A DNA stretch of 63,512 nt from a virus: IMG/VR virus record IMGVR_UViG_3300024432_001127, positions 1 through 63,512 of that record; one strand, given 5' to 3'. Shown in pieces: positions 51,213-60,144 of this stretch. The notes beneath the pieces were generated by a model. That model was not told the DNA's origin and made no database searches. It saw nothing but the letters and a program-made list of their open reading frames with translations. How positions within the stretch are numbered: the first letter of the stretch is position 1; each line of letters begins with the position of its first letter. Made by a program: the position numbers and the translations under genes.

Positions 51213-54047
51213 CTAGTCTTCTCTCAGGAACGCCGTTCCAGCGGCCCACATTTCGTAATCATCGGTCCACTTGAAATCGAATATCTCACCTTCTGGATGT
51301 TCCGAATCAGCAATCAACATATCTTTGTCGAGCACCAATTTGTTATCGACATTCAAACCCCTGAAAACATCTTTCAAATAAGCGTAACGACCAGGCGATT
51401 CTTCGCTGTCAATAATATGCGTCTTACGAATATCAATGACCACGGCCGTCTGCAACGCAACAGGGAGATCAGGATTGGTCGGCTCCGCCATAAACAAGTG
51501 TAAATTCAAACGCGGTTTCGTGCTATCCGTAACCTCGGCATAGCTCTCCAATATTCCGACACTCTGAGCCTCAAAACCCAAATCAGTCGGATGGCGATCA
51601 CCCCAATCACTTTGAGGTCGAAAAACTACATTAGGACCTCCGACAATCACAATATCATCGCCCCAATCCTCAAAGTAACCAATCGGCAGGGTCCCACTCG
51701 CACCCATACCTTCACCTCCGCCACCAGCGTCCCCAGCAGCAATCTCGTCCGGCGGCGGCCAGGTCAGAAGAAACGAGAGTCCGGCTGGCCAGAACCAATC
51801 GTACTTCTCCATCTGACCAGATTTGACCGGAACAAGACAGGTAAAATCTATAAGATTTGTTTCAGAGTTGTAAGTGGCTTCTTCCACAAGTGCTTTGATC
51901 GCGCCGTCCGCGACATAATTCTGTGCAAAATCGAGTGTCACACAGTCAAATGTCTCAAGGTTCAGTTTATTCAGAAACGTGCTGAATTGAATCCGCTTCC
52001 ATGTATTCGACTTCCGAATCAACCAAAACGTACTGGCCTTGTAGATGGTATCCGGTTGATTGTAGATGTACCAATCAAAATCCTCCTCCTGAATACCATA
52101 GCGGTTGACATTGTGACGAAGAATCATTGTCTGTTCACTTTTGTCTTTTTCACGGTCAGAGATACCTGGCGACCATCTCATACGCCACTTGATCTGCATC
52201 TTCGTTATCAAGTCTTCGGTGGTGGTCAATTCTACTTGCACGCCACTTTCCGCGTCAATATCGCTGACCGTGATTGTGTCCACACTATCCGGTTCTTCGG
52301 GGAGGTACTTGATGTAAAATTTTCCGTTACTAAGCCACAACGCACAGCGAGCTTGAAATGCAATCTCCTGAAGTATCTGAACAGTGTTCTTTCGATCCAG
52401 TACCGGAAAATTCACTGGGAACTGCGCCAGCTTGCCTCGCACATCTTCAAACGAAACTGAGTCATACGTCAAATCTGTGTAGTGCGCAATCAAATAGACC
52501 AGAGTGTCAATCATATCGGGCCCCACCGCCGAATTGGACTCAAATGTAACATAAAGATCGTCAGTCCACCCTTGATCTTTGTACGAACTCAACGGCCGCT
52601 GCGTAACAATCTGAACTGTCTTAAGAGTACCATAATCAACATTCTGAATCGTATAGTAACTCGACGGTACATCCACCAAACGCCGCTCCCCCGGAAATTC
52701 TTTGTAAGCTTTCACAGCCAATACGGTACCGGGGGAATAGGTATAAAGCGATGCCACAATGTAAGTGATCGGCTCCTCACTGAAAATACGAACAGATGCG
52801 CCGGGCTCCGCCCAAAATTGCTGGGGAATCGGGTCGTCCGGTACACGCGATGCTCGGCCTTCCCCGGTACTGATGATCATACCATGGTAACGACAAAGAC
52901 AATCAGTAAAAAACTGATTTCCACAGCCGCAAGGCACAGGGACTCGAAAATCATACCTAGTAGGACCGCCTCCGCTGGACGGCAAAGAGTACGGACATGT
53001 TTCATCCGCATCAGTAGCTTGACTATTCGCTTCCGTGTCACCGTCCGGCCAAGTTCGACTCGAAACATGAAAATTCTGTTCAGAAAAGTAACCCGTGAGA
53101 CGTGCGCCGCCTATTTCAAGAGTCAACGTCTCCCCTTGTGGGAAATCCTCGCCGCCAAGAATCCGTACCGGATTACATCCAAGACCCCGTGCCGTAGCAT
53201 CCGCAGTTTGTCGTTCCCGTTCCCACTGTGTACATGCCGCCTGTATATTAGCATTATTAACAATCTCGGCACGCTGCCTGTACAATTCGTTAATCTGGTC
53301 GAGTATCTCGGATGCCTTCCCACTATCGTAACCCCAGAAACAGGCCCGAGCACACCAGAGCGAACTAATTTGGGCCGCAAGCATCACGAGCGAAGCGTAC
53401 ACACTCGTATCAACATCCTGACCGTTACTGAAAAGCGGCATTGACGACAAGTAATTCAAACCTGAAACCACCCCGACGCCACACAAAGTCGTGCCAGTCA
53501 CAGCCTCATTGATTTGAAGAGCCGGACAATCTAGTACGGTTCCAAAAATCATCGGCCATGGTTTGCCCACCAACCCCGCTGGCAACCATTCAAACTGACC
53601 TTCTTCGGGGCTAAAGCCTACCTCTTTATCTTCAATCTGCGAAATGATCGTAAACTGAACTGATTGGGCACGCTCATCCCAAATAATCGGTGAACTAATC
53701 TTACCGGAAAAGAGAAGAAACCTTTCACCTATGACAAGCCCTTCAAACCATTGGTACACTCGGGCAGTGCGCTTGTGAATGTCTGTGCTATTAAAAATAG
53801 CCTTAATGCTGCCGTCCACATCATCCAAAGTCACCGTAATCTGCTGGGATGAATTGTTGTTTGAGACACCAACCACGTTATCTAAATCACCAACCTGCAA
53901 AATCTTACCGGGGATAGTACCCACAGTTCGGTCACCGTACCAATTTGAAGACGACTCTTGCCATTCAACTTCCAATAAAATAACTGGCTCATTGCCATGC
54001 GTCTGCGCCAGCTTCGCCAAAGCATTTGCTGAAATCGAACGTACCAT
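51213..54047 (-). CDS. Large tail protein (host-specificity or central tail fibre-like)
   Basis: 944 aa. It sits immediately downstream of the tail fibre and tape-measure genes. No enzymatic motifs were recognised. Confidence 0.5.
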   Translation of the reverse strand: MVRSISANALAKLAQTHGNEPVILLEVEWQESSSNWYGDRTVGTIPGKILQVGDLDNVVGVSNNNSSQQITVTLDDVDGSIKAIFNSTDIHKRTARVYQWFEGLVIGERFLLFSGKISSPIIWDERAQSVQFTIISQIEDKEVGFSPEEGQFEWLPAGLVGKPWPMIFGTVLDCPALQINEAVTGTTLCGVGVVSGLNYLSSMPLFSNGQDVDTSVYASLVMLAAQISSLWCARACFWGYDSGKASEILDQINELYRQRAEIVNNANIQAACTQWERERQTADATARGLGCNPVRILGGEDFPQGETLTLEIGGARLTGYFSEQNFHVSSRTWPDGDTEANSQATDADETCPYSLPSSGGGPTRYDFRVPVPCGCGNQFFTDCLCRYHGMIISTGEGRASRVPDDPIPQQFWAEPGASVRIFSEEPITYIVASLYTYSPGTVLAVKAYKEFPGERRLVDVPSSYYTIQNVDYGTLKTVQIVTQRPLSSYKDQGWTDDLYVTFESNSAVGPDMIDTLVYLIAHYTDLTYDSVSFEDVRGKLAQFPVNFPVLDRKNTVQILQEIAFQARCALWLSNGKFYIKYLPEEPDSVDTITVSDIDAESGVQVELTTTEDLITKMQIKWRMRWSPGISDREKDKSEQTMILRHNVNRYGIQEEDFDWYIYNQPDTIYKASTFWLIRKSNTWKRIQFSTFLNKLNLETFDCVTLDFAQNYVADGAIKALVEEATYNSETNLIDFTCLVPVKSGQMEKYDWFWPAGLSFLLTWPPPDEIAAGDAGGGGEGMGASGTLPIGYFEDWGDDIVIVGGPNVVFRPQSDWGDRHPTDLGFEAQSVGILESYAEVTDSTKPRLNLHLFMAEPTNPDLPVALQTAVVIDIRKTHIIDSEESPGRYAYLKDVFRGLNVDNKLVLDKDMLIADSEHPEGEIFDFKWTDDYEMWAAGTAFLRED

Positions 54048-54442
54048 TACTGTTCCTCCCCCTCGAATTCAATGTCAATACTAATCATCTCGCCACGAGG
54101 CATCGGAGTAATTGCCGGGTATGCTCGACTCTGAGCTTCAAATTCAAATGGGTTACTCGTGAAATAGCCCACCCAAGTGCGATCTAAGTGATCAGCAATT
54201 TTAATCTGCGAAGCAAAATACGACAGAAAGAAAGCCCGAACTTCCAACGCTTTATTTCGAGACAATTTGAACACCCACCGAAGCTTGCGACGTGTACGAC
54301 GCTTCACGTAAGTGTACTGTGTCCCATCCATTGCAGTACGCCGCGAAACAGTATTCAGATTCGACTCTTGATCCGAAAACTGTGGATTGGGCATAACAGT
54401 CAATGTCTGGAATGCCGGATAAGGTGCGATCATTTGGAACAT
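54047..54442 (-). CDS. Hypothetical tail-module protein
   Basis: 131 aa with 1-nt stop/start coupling on both sides. Confidence 0.4.
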   Translation of the reverse strand: MFQMIAPYPAFQTLTVMPNPQFSDQESNLNTVSRRTAMDGTQYTYVKRRTRRKLRWVFKLSRNKALEVRAFFLSYFASQIKIADHLDRTWVGYFTSNPFEFEAQSRAYPAITPMPRGEMISIDIEFEGEEQ

Positions 54443-54453
54443 GTTTCACCTAC

Positions 54454-56625
54454 TTAGGGACCGGGATCATACGTCGCCAATTCACCTTCAAACTCAAAAC
54501 CAACTGAATACTTACAGCCCGGACCATCCTGAACTACAGGCGAAGTTAAATCTGCAATAATACCGCTCCAAAATCGGTGCTCCCAATCTAGCATCCCAAT
54601 TTCCAAACCGAGATGGTCGTCCATAAACGTATGAAGGCCACTCGCCTCAGCCTTGGTGAGACCTGAAAAATCAATAACAAGTGTCTGAATCTTAGGCCAC
54701 ATTGGATCAGCATAGACAATCAACGTACCGCCCCGAGTCTCGCGGCTGACACGATTCATTTGAAGCCTGTCACGGTTACCAAGATTCGGGGCTCGCAACG
54801 ATAATGTATCGCTGAAAGGACCAGTCACCGGATAGACCAGTTGAAACGGGACAGTAATCCCAGGAATCGGTCCTTCAAGCTCGGATGGCGGAGGCTCGGG
54901 TGCAGACGGTGGACCAGTACCAGTGAACGGATGATAAACATAGAGATAATTTTCTAGTCGATTGTACCATAGCACCGACTCACTAAGTTCAAGTGTATCG
55001 CTGACCGTAAGATTTCGGATGACATTGTGCTGAGCCCCATCAGACAAGTCCAATTCATCGTCAGAAAGCTTGGAAAGTATCGCTTCGGCTGTGTCCGTGA
55101 GTGTACAAGTATCATCTGCAACACCGTCATACGCTACGTGAGCCTCATCCGATAAGCTGAAACTGTCAGAAGCCGTCGCCGGAATCGCGTCCACACGAAT
55201 TTTGTCGCCGATAGCCTGATCAGCAAGCCAAAATTTGTCGTCAATCTCTAACGGTGCATCACGAATAACAAACGCTTCAGCAGAATCTTGAAGACCGAGA
55301 TATGTGAAAGTTTCTTCAAGAGTCTCCGGGTCAAACTCGCTAAAAGTAGTCTGAAGAGCATCCGTCGCCGCTCGATTATGGAGGCCAGGCCAGGCAAATT
55401 CAATAAAAGTGAGATCAGAGTCATTAGCCGCTCGACTTCTAACCAAACTGTATACAACAGAATCTCCAATGGTTAATACATCACCGGCCTCGACGCGATC
55501 GCGTGTAAAAATAGCCGCATCAACAAGAATCATTTCGTCAGGCGAAAGGAGACTTGCTACTCCCTCAGCCTCATCACTGAGACCAAGAGTATCGGATTCC
55601 TCAAAAACTTTGACAACCGTTTCAATCAAAGTAATGGTATCTGATACAACTCCATCAATCTCACGTTCGAGATCAACTACCTCAGAAATCGAAATCGCAT
55701 CAATAGCTTCACGATTAAATATGCCAACGTAAGCCGCTTCCTCTTGAATAACCAACGTATCGGGAGCGAGCATTACGTATTCAAAAGTTGCCGTATCACT
55801 TAAAGTAAGCGTATCGAGAGCAGCTTTGGTAAGGTGGCCATCAGCATCATCACTTAGAGTCAACGTATCCCCGAGATCACGTTGCGTCACGCGCTCAGGA
55901 ATAGCAGTTTCAGTAAAGGTTAAAATGTCGCTCGCGGCGCGGTCCCTAATAAGAGTAGGGGACACCCCATCTGACAAAGCCAAAGTGTCACTGCCAATTT
56001 TGACTAGATCAAAAGTCGCAGAGTCGCTCAGTACCAGCGACTCTTCAACCGAAATAACACGATCACCTGCCACCTCATCGGTTATCGTCAATTGATCTTC
56101 AACGCTACGCGAAGCGACCAAAGAGAAGGAAGCGGTATCTTGGAGTGTTAAAGTGTCATCAACAACACGAAGCAATATCGCAGTGTAGATGGCCACATCG
56201 CTGCCAAATTCCAAGGTATCAAATGAGGCTCGCACTCTGAAAAGATCAACTTCCGCCTCATCAGTAAAAGTTAATGTATCCAAAGCAGGACGAGTAAGAA
56301 GTCCGATGCCTCCTTCACTTAGAGTAAACCAATCGACAGCAGTCACTTCATAAATTAGCCTTGCTATATCAGTAAGACTCAAAGTGTCAGTAACATCAAC
56401 TCCAAACTCTGCCGTGTAAAGCGCTTCATCTGACACGGAAAGTAAATCAGCACTACTAACTAAGACCGATGGTTCAATGGGTATTTCAAGAGAGGGGCGC
56501 CCTAAAATAAGAGTCGAACCCGTCAATATTGATCTGAACATTCCAAGCTGGCTTGTAAGGCCGGGAGATGTGCAAACCTCTTGGAGTTCAAGTAAATCTG
56601 AGCTATCAACAAAATACATTGACAT
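54454..56625 (-). CDS. Repeat-rich tail or structural protein (about 20 degenerate DTLTLSD/SDTL repeats)
   Basis: 723 aa with recurring D(T/A)L(T/S)(L/F)(S/T)D units. Confidence 0.5.
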   Translation of the reverse strand: MSMYFVDSSDLLELQEVCTSPGLTSQLGMFRSILTGSTLILGRPSLEIPIEPSVLVSSADLLSVSDEALYTAEFGVDVTDTLSLTDIARLIYEVTAVDWFTLSEGGIGLLTRPALDTLTFTDEAEVDLFRVRASFDTLEFGSDVAIYTAILLRVVDDTLTLQDTASFSLVASRSVEDQLTITDEVAGDRVISVEESLVLSDSATFDLVKIGSDTLALSDGVSPTLIRDRAASDILTFTETAIPERVTQRDLGDTLTLSDDADGHLTKAALDTLTLSDTATFEYVMLAPDTLVIQEEAAYVGIFNREAIDAISISEVVDLEREIDGVVSDTITLIETVVKVFEESDTLGLSDEAEGVASLLSPDEMILVDAAIFTRDRVEAGDVLTIGDSVVYSLVRSRAANDSDLTFIEFAWPGLHNRAATDALQTTFSEFDPETLEETFTYLGLQDSAEAFVIRDAPLEIDDKFWLADQAIGDKIRVDAIPATASDSFSLSDEAHVAYDGVADDTCTLTDTAEAILSKLSDDELDLSDGAQHNVIRNLTVSDTLELSESVLWYNRLENYLYVYHPFTGTGPPSAPEPPPSELEGPIPGITVPFQLVYPVTGPFSDTLSLRAPNLGNRDRLQMNRVSRETRGGTLIVYADPMWPKIQTLVIDFSGLTKAEASGLHTFMDDHLGLEIGMLDWEHRFWSGIIADLTSPVVQDGPGCKYSVGFEFEGELATYDPGP

Positions 56626-56630
56626 CAGTC

Positions 56631-57539
56631 TTATTCCTCAATCCACGTTGAAAAGACGGCCCTTTGAGTATTAACCGCCACACTCCAAGTGGTCGCAAAC
56701 AAATGAATCTCATCAGGTCCACCAGGAATGAATGTATCTCGATCATCACTGAATAATTCATCCCAGTGAACGCCGTCAATTCCATACCTAAAAACCAAAT
56801 CACCCGCTCCACCCTCGTCTTCAATCTGAAACCAAACAGAATCATCTGTCCGCAGTCTAAGTGCAGTAGGTCCACCTTCCCAAGACGTAGGACTATTCCA
56901 CCACGCACCAACAACAACACCCGTGCCAGCATATTGGATTGTATAAAATTTCCCGCTACTACTTTTCCTAAAACCAATCCCAACATTTCCAGCCTGAGTA
57001 GTTATGTTCCAAGCTAATAGCCAGCGCGGTATTTGAACTGTCAATTTGTACGGCGGTGTTGGTGCAGATTTTTTATAGAGGCGTGCATTGAGTGAAGCAT
57101 TCTTGGGAACCGACAGACGCAACCCACCCGACGCATAATCAGACAGTGTAGAATCACCCTGATTGATCGGTGTGAAATCAGAAGCAGTCAAAACATTACC
57201 ACTAACATCAACCAAATGATTCGACAACGGCACAGCCACATCAGCAAAAAGCGGCACATCATTTCGGACATGCTGCAATATGCTACCTGATGTAAGAATA
57301 TGCGCTACTACAGCGCCATTATTATGGGCCGCAGCAATAGTATTCTCGCAACCACGGACACACGTGAAAATTGATCCTGTTACGGCTACAACTTGAATAA
57401 TTTCCGAGTCAATAGCAACAATAAAATTGCCGCCACTCGGAAACTGAGAAGCATTCATAACGGTCATTGCTGTCACCGCATCATCAATAGCACCATACAG
57501 ATACGTAAACGCATCGTTGACAATTTGCTCCCGAACCAT
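56631..57539 (-). CDS. Tail fibre or receptor-binding-like protein, tandem paralogue 3
   Basis: Shares N-terminal (M.REQ..N.A..YL) and C-terminal (...STWIEE) sequence with the ORFs at 57546-58481 and 58487-59425. Confidence 0.5.
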   Translation of the reverse strand: MVREQIVNDAFTYLYGAIDDAVTAMTVMNASQFPSGGNFIVAIDSEIIQVVAVTGSIFTCVRGCENTIAAAHNNGAVVAHILTSGSILQHVRNDVPLFADVAVPLSNHLVDVSGNVLTASDFTPINQGDSTLSDYASGGLRLSVPKNASLNARLYKKSAPTPPYKLTVQIPRWLLAWNITTQAGNVGIGFRKSSSGKFYTIQYAGTGVVVGAWWNSPTSWEGGPTALRLRTDDSVWFQIEDEGGAGDLVFRYGIDGVHWDELFSDDRDTFIPGGPDEIHLFATTWSVAVNTQRAVFSTWIEE

Positions 57540-57545
57540 GATTTC

Positions 57546-58481
57546 TTACTCCTCAATCCACGTTGAATAGGCAACACTTTGAGTGGCGTCTAAACCTACT
57601 ATGGGATTTTTCCAAGTAACCCCAATCAAAGCGATCTCATCAGGTCCACCAGCCATGAATGTATCTCGATCGACACTGTAAAGCTGATCCCAATAGACGC
57701 CATCAATCCCGTATCTAAAAATCAAATTACCCGCCCCACCTTCATCTTCAATCTGAAACCAAAGAGGACTACTTGACCACATCTGTTCTGAAGCAGGCGT
57801 ACTCGGCCCCCCAGAAGTATACACAGGACCAGTCCAACTCGTAACAGACATCCTACGAAGACCCACTAGAGAAAGCAAAAAAAGTTTCCCGCTACTACTC
57901 TCTCGAAAACCAATCCCAGGATACCCGGCTGAAGAGACATCGTTATGGTATATCATCCACCGCGCCATTCGCACCGTCAATGTATACGGAGGTGTAGGTG
58001 CTGATTTTTTATAGACACGGGCATGAATTTCATTAGCTACCACCTTGGGGACAGACAAATACACACCACCGGATTCGTAATCAGACAACGTAGAATCACC
58101 CTGATTGATCGGCGTGAAATCAGAAGCAGTCAAAACATTGCCACTAACATCAACCAAATGATTCGATGTTGGCAAAGCCGAATCACTAAAAAGAGGTATG
58201 CCATTACGAAAGTATCGTAATAGACTGCCTGCCGTAACAATCAGTGCTACAACAGCACCGCTGTTATGAGTCGCCCCGCTAGTACCTTCGTAGCCGCGAA
58301 CACATGTGAAAGTTGATCCTGACACACCAGTGACCTGAATAAGCTCCAGATCAATAAGAATGACAAAATCACCTCCACTCGGGAATTGCGAGGCATCAGC
58401 AACGTCAAGCGTCGTTACAACAGCATCAATGCCGCTAGACAAATAGCTGATCGCATTGTTAGCAAACTGTTCTCGTGCCAT
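57546..58481 (-). CDS. Tail fibre or receptor-binding-like protein, tandem paralogue 2
   Basis: MAREQFANNAISYLSSGIDAVVTT... The central region is diverged and the C-terminus YSTWIEE is conserved. Confidence 0.5.
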   Translation of the reverse strand: MAREQFANNAISYLSSGIDAVVTTLDVADASQFPSGGDFVILIDLELIQVTGVSGSTFTCVRGYEGTSGATHNSGAVVALIVTAGSLLRYFRNGIPLFSDSALPTSNHLVDVSGNVLTASDFTPINQGDSTLSDYESGGVYLSVPKVVANEIHARVYKKSAPTPPYTLTVRMARWMIYHNDVSSAGYPGIGFRESSSGKLFLLSLVGLRRMSVTSWTGPVYTSGGPSTPASEQMWSSSPLWFQIEDEGGAGNLIFRYGIDGVYWDQLYSVDRDTFMAGGPDEIALIGVTWKNPIVGLDATQSVAYSTWIEE

Positions 58482-58486
58482 ATTTC

Positions 58487-59425
58487 CTACTCCTCAATCC
58501 ACGTTGAATAAGTAACAGTTTGAGTAGCTTGCACACCTCCCCCGCCACTACTTGCCCAAGTAACCCCAGACAAAAGAATCTCGTTAGGTCCACCAGTCAT
58601 AAATGTATCCCGATCAACACTGTGAAGCTCATTCCAATGAATGCCATCAATTCCATACCTGAAAATCAAATCACCCGCTCCACCCTCGTCTTCAATCTGA
58701 AGCCAAACAGGACTACTTGCCCAAATCTCCTGCTCAGCCGTTACCGGCGGAGACCCGGTAACATATATAGGGCTATCCCATTCCTCAACAATCATGGAAC
58801 CAAGACCCGTCATAGAAAAAAGCATAAGTTTCCCGGTGCCACTCTCCCGAAAACCAATTCCAGCATACCCAGCTTGGGTAGGAGGAATTTGATACAGCAT
58901 CCAATGTGACATTTGCACCGTCAATGTATACGGAGGTGTAGGCGCTGATTTTTTATAGACGCGAGCATAAAGATCAAGCACTGTCAACTTAGGAACAGAC
59001 AAGTATACGCCACCCGACGCATAATCAGACAGTGTAGAATCACCCTGATTGATCGGCGTGAAATCAGAAGCAGTCAAAACATTGCCACTATCATCAACCA
59101 AATGATTCGACAGCGGTATAGCTGACTCACTGAAAAGCGACACATCGTTGCGGAGATACCGCAGCAGACTGCCTGCCGTAACAATCAGTGCTACAACAGC
59201 ACCGTTGTTATGAGTCGCAGCACCGGTGCCCTCGTAGCCGCGAACACATGTGAAAGTTGATCCTGCCACACCGGTGACCTGAATAAGCTCCTGATCAATG
59301 AGAATGACAAAATCACCTTCACCGGGAAACTGTGAGGCATCGGCAACGTCAAATGTTGTTACAACAGCATCAATGGCGCTGGACAAATAGCTGATCGCAT
59401 TGTTAGCAAACTGTTCTCGTGCCAC
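58487..59425 (-). CDS. Tail fibre or receptor-binding-like protein, tandem paralogue 1
   Basis: MAREQFANNAISYLSSAIDAVVTT... with the C-terminus YSTWIEE. Confidence 0.5.
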   Translation of the reverse strand: MAREQFANNAISYLSSAIDAVVTTFDVADASQFPGEGDFVILIDQELIQVTGVAGSTFTCVRGYEGTGAATHNNGAVVALIVTAGSLLRYLRNDVSLFSESAIPLSNHLVDDSGNVLTASDFTPINQGDSTLSDYASGGVYLSVPKLTVLDLYARVYKKSAPTPPYTLTVQMSHWMLYQIPPTQAGYAGIGFRESGTGKLMLFSMTGLGSMIVEEWDSPIYVTGSPPVTAEQEIWASSPVWLQIEDEGGAGDLIFRYGIDGIHWNELHSVDRDTFMTGGPNEILLSGVTWASSGGGGVQATQTVTYSTWIEE

Positions 59426-59436
59426 GGTGACCTCTG

Positions 59437-59482
59437 TATAAAAGAAATAGGCCGGAACGGGCCGAAAGGCTCCGTCCCGGCC
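59437..59482 (-). terminator. Rho-independent terminator after the 59516-60136 gene
   Basis: GGCCGGAACGG...CCGTCCCGGCC interrupted 10-bp stem, followed on the minus strand by TATTTCTTTTATAC. Confidence 0.6.
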
Positions 59483-59515
59483 TTGGCGAGGGAGAGTTCC
59501 CTAAATACGCTTCGG

Positions 59516-60136
59516 TTACGCTGCGATAGTAATCGTGTATGTAACCTTTAGTTGGTCGTTATCCAACACAGCCACAGTGCCGGATGCGAAAGCAGTACCG
59601 CACCAAAGAATGTTGTCATCCGGCGGAGTGCCAGGCTCATGGTTCCCCAGGGTAGCAGCATTCGGACCGGCTACCAAGAAAAGACCTTTGAGCGTACCCG
59701 CAGTATCCATCGTGAATGTCACTGGCGTAGCATTCGTGATGACCTGACTCGATGCCACACCTTGCGTCCACGAGGGACGTGTTGCTGGATCATCGTAACC
59801 TTGCCACTCATCCCACAGGTTTCCAGATTGGTCGATATTGTCGTAAGTATCGCTGGCCTGGAAATTGGTAAAACCAGCATTGTCAACAAGCCCAATGTAC
59901 CACGTTTCGTACTTCGTGTACGAAGCAGTAAGGCCAAACATTGTGTTAAGAAGACGATTCTTGCCTTCATTAACAATCAAGTTCGGTGCCTCGTACACGC
60001 CAATCATCTTGCCTTCCCGCCAATGTTCAATCTTAAAGTGGCCCCTTGGATCAAACAAATCCAAAATCTGATGGGCGGGACGAACCACTTCACATCGCGC
60101 ACTTTCACTGATCGCCATTCGATCACTCATAATCAA
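59516..60136 (-). CDS. Hypothetical tail-module protein
   Basis: 206 aa, between the tape-measure and fibre genes. Confidence 0.4.
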   Translation of the reverse strand: MIMSDRMAISESARCEVVRPAHQILDLFDPRGHFKIEHWREGKMIGVYEAPNLIVNEGKNRLLNTMFGLTASYTKYETWYIGLVDNAGFTNFQASDTYDNIDQSGNLWDEWQGYDDPATRPSWTQGVASSQVITNATPVTFTMDTAGTLKGLFLVAGPNAATLGNHEPGTPPDDNILWCGTAFASGTVAVLDNDQLKVTYTITIAA

Positions 60137-60144
60137 TCTCCTCG

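Noticed and set aside
51591-53444. Plus-strand ORFs of 289 and 320 aa.
   Set aside because: They are antisense to the 944-aa tail protein gene within a uniformly minus-strand operon, with low-complexity composition.
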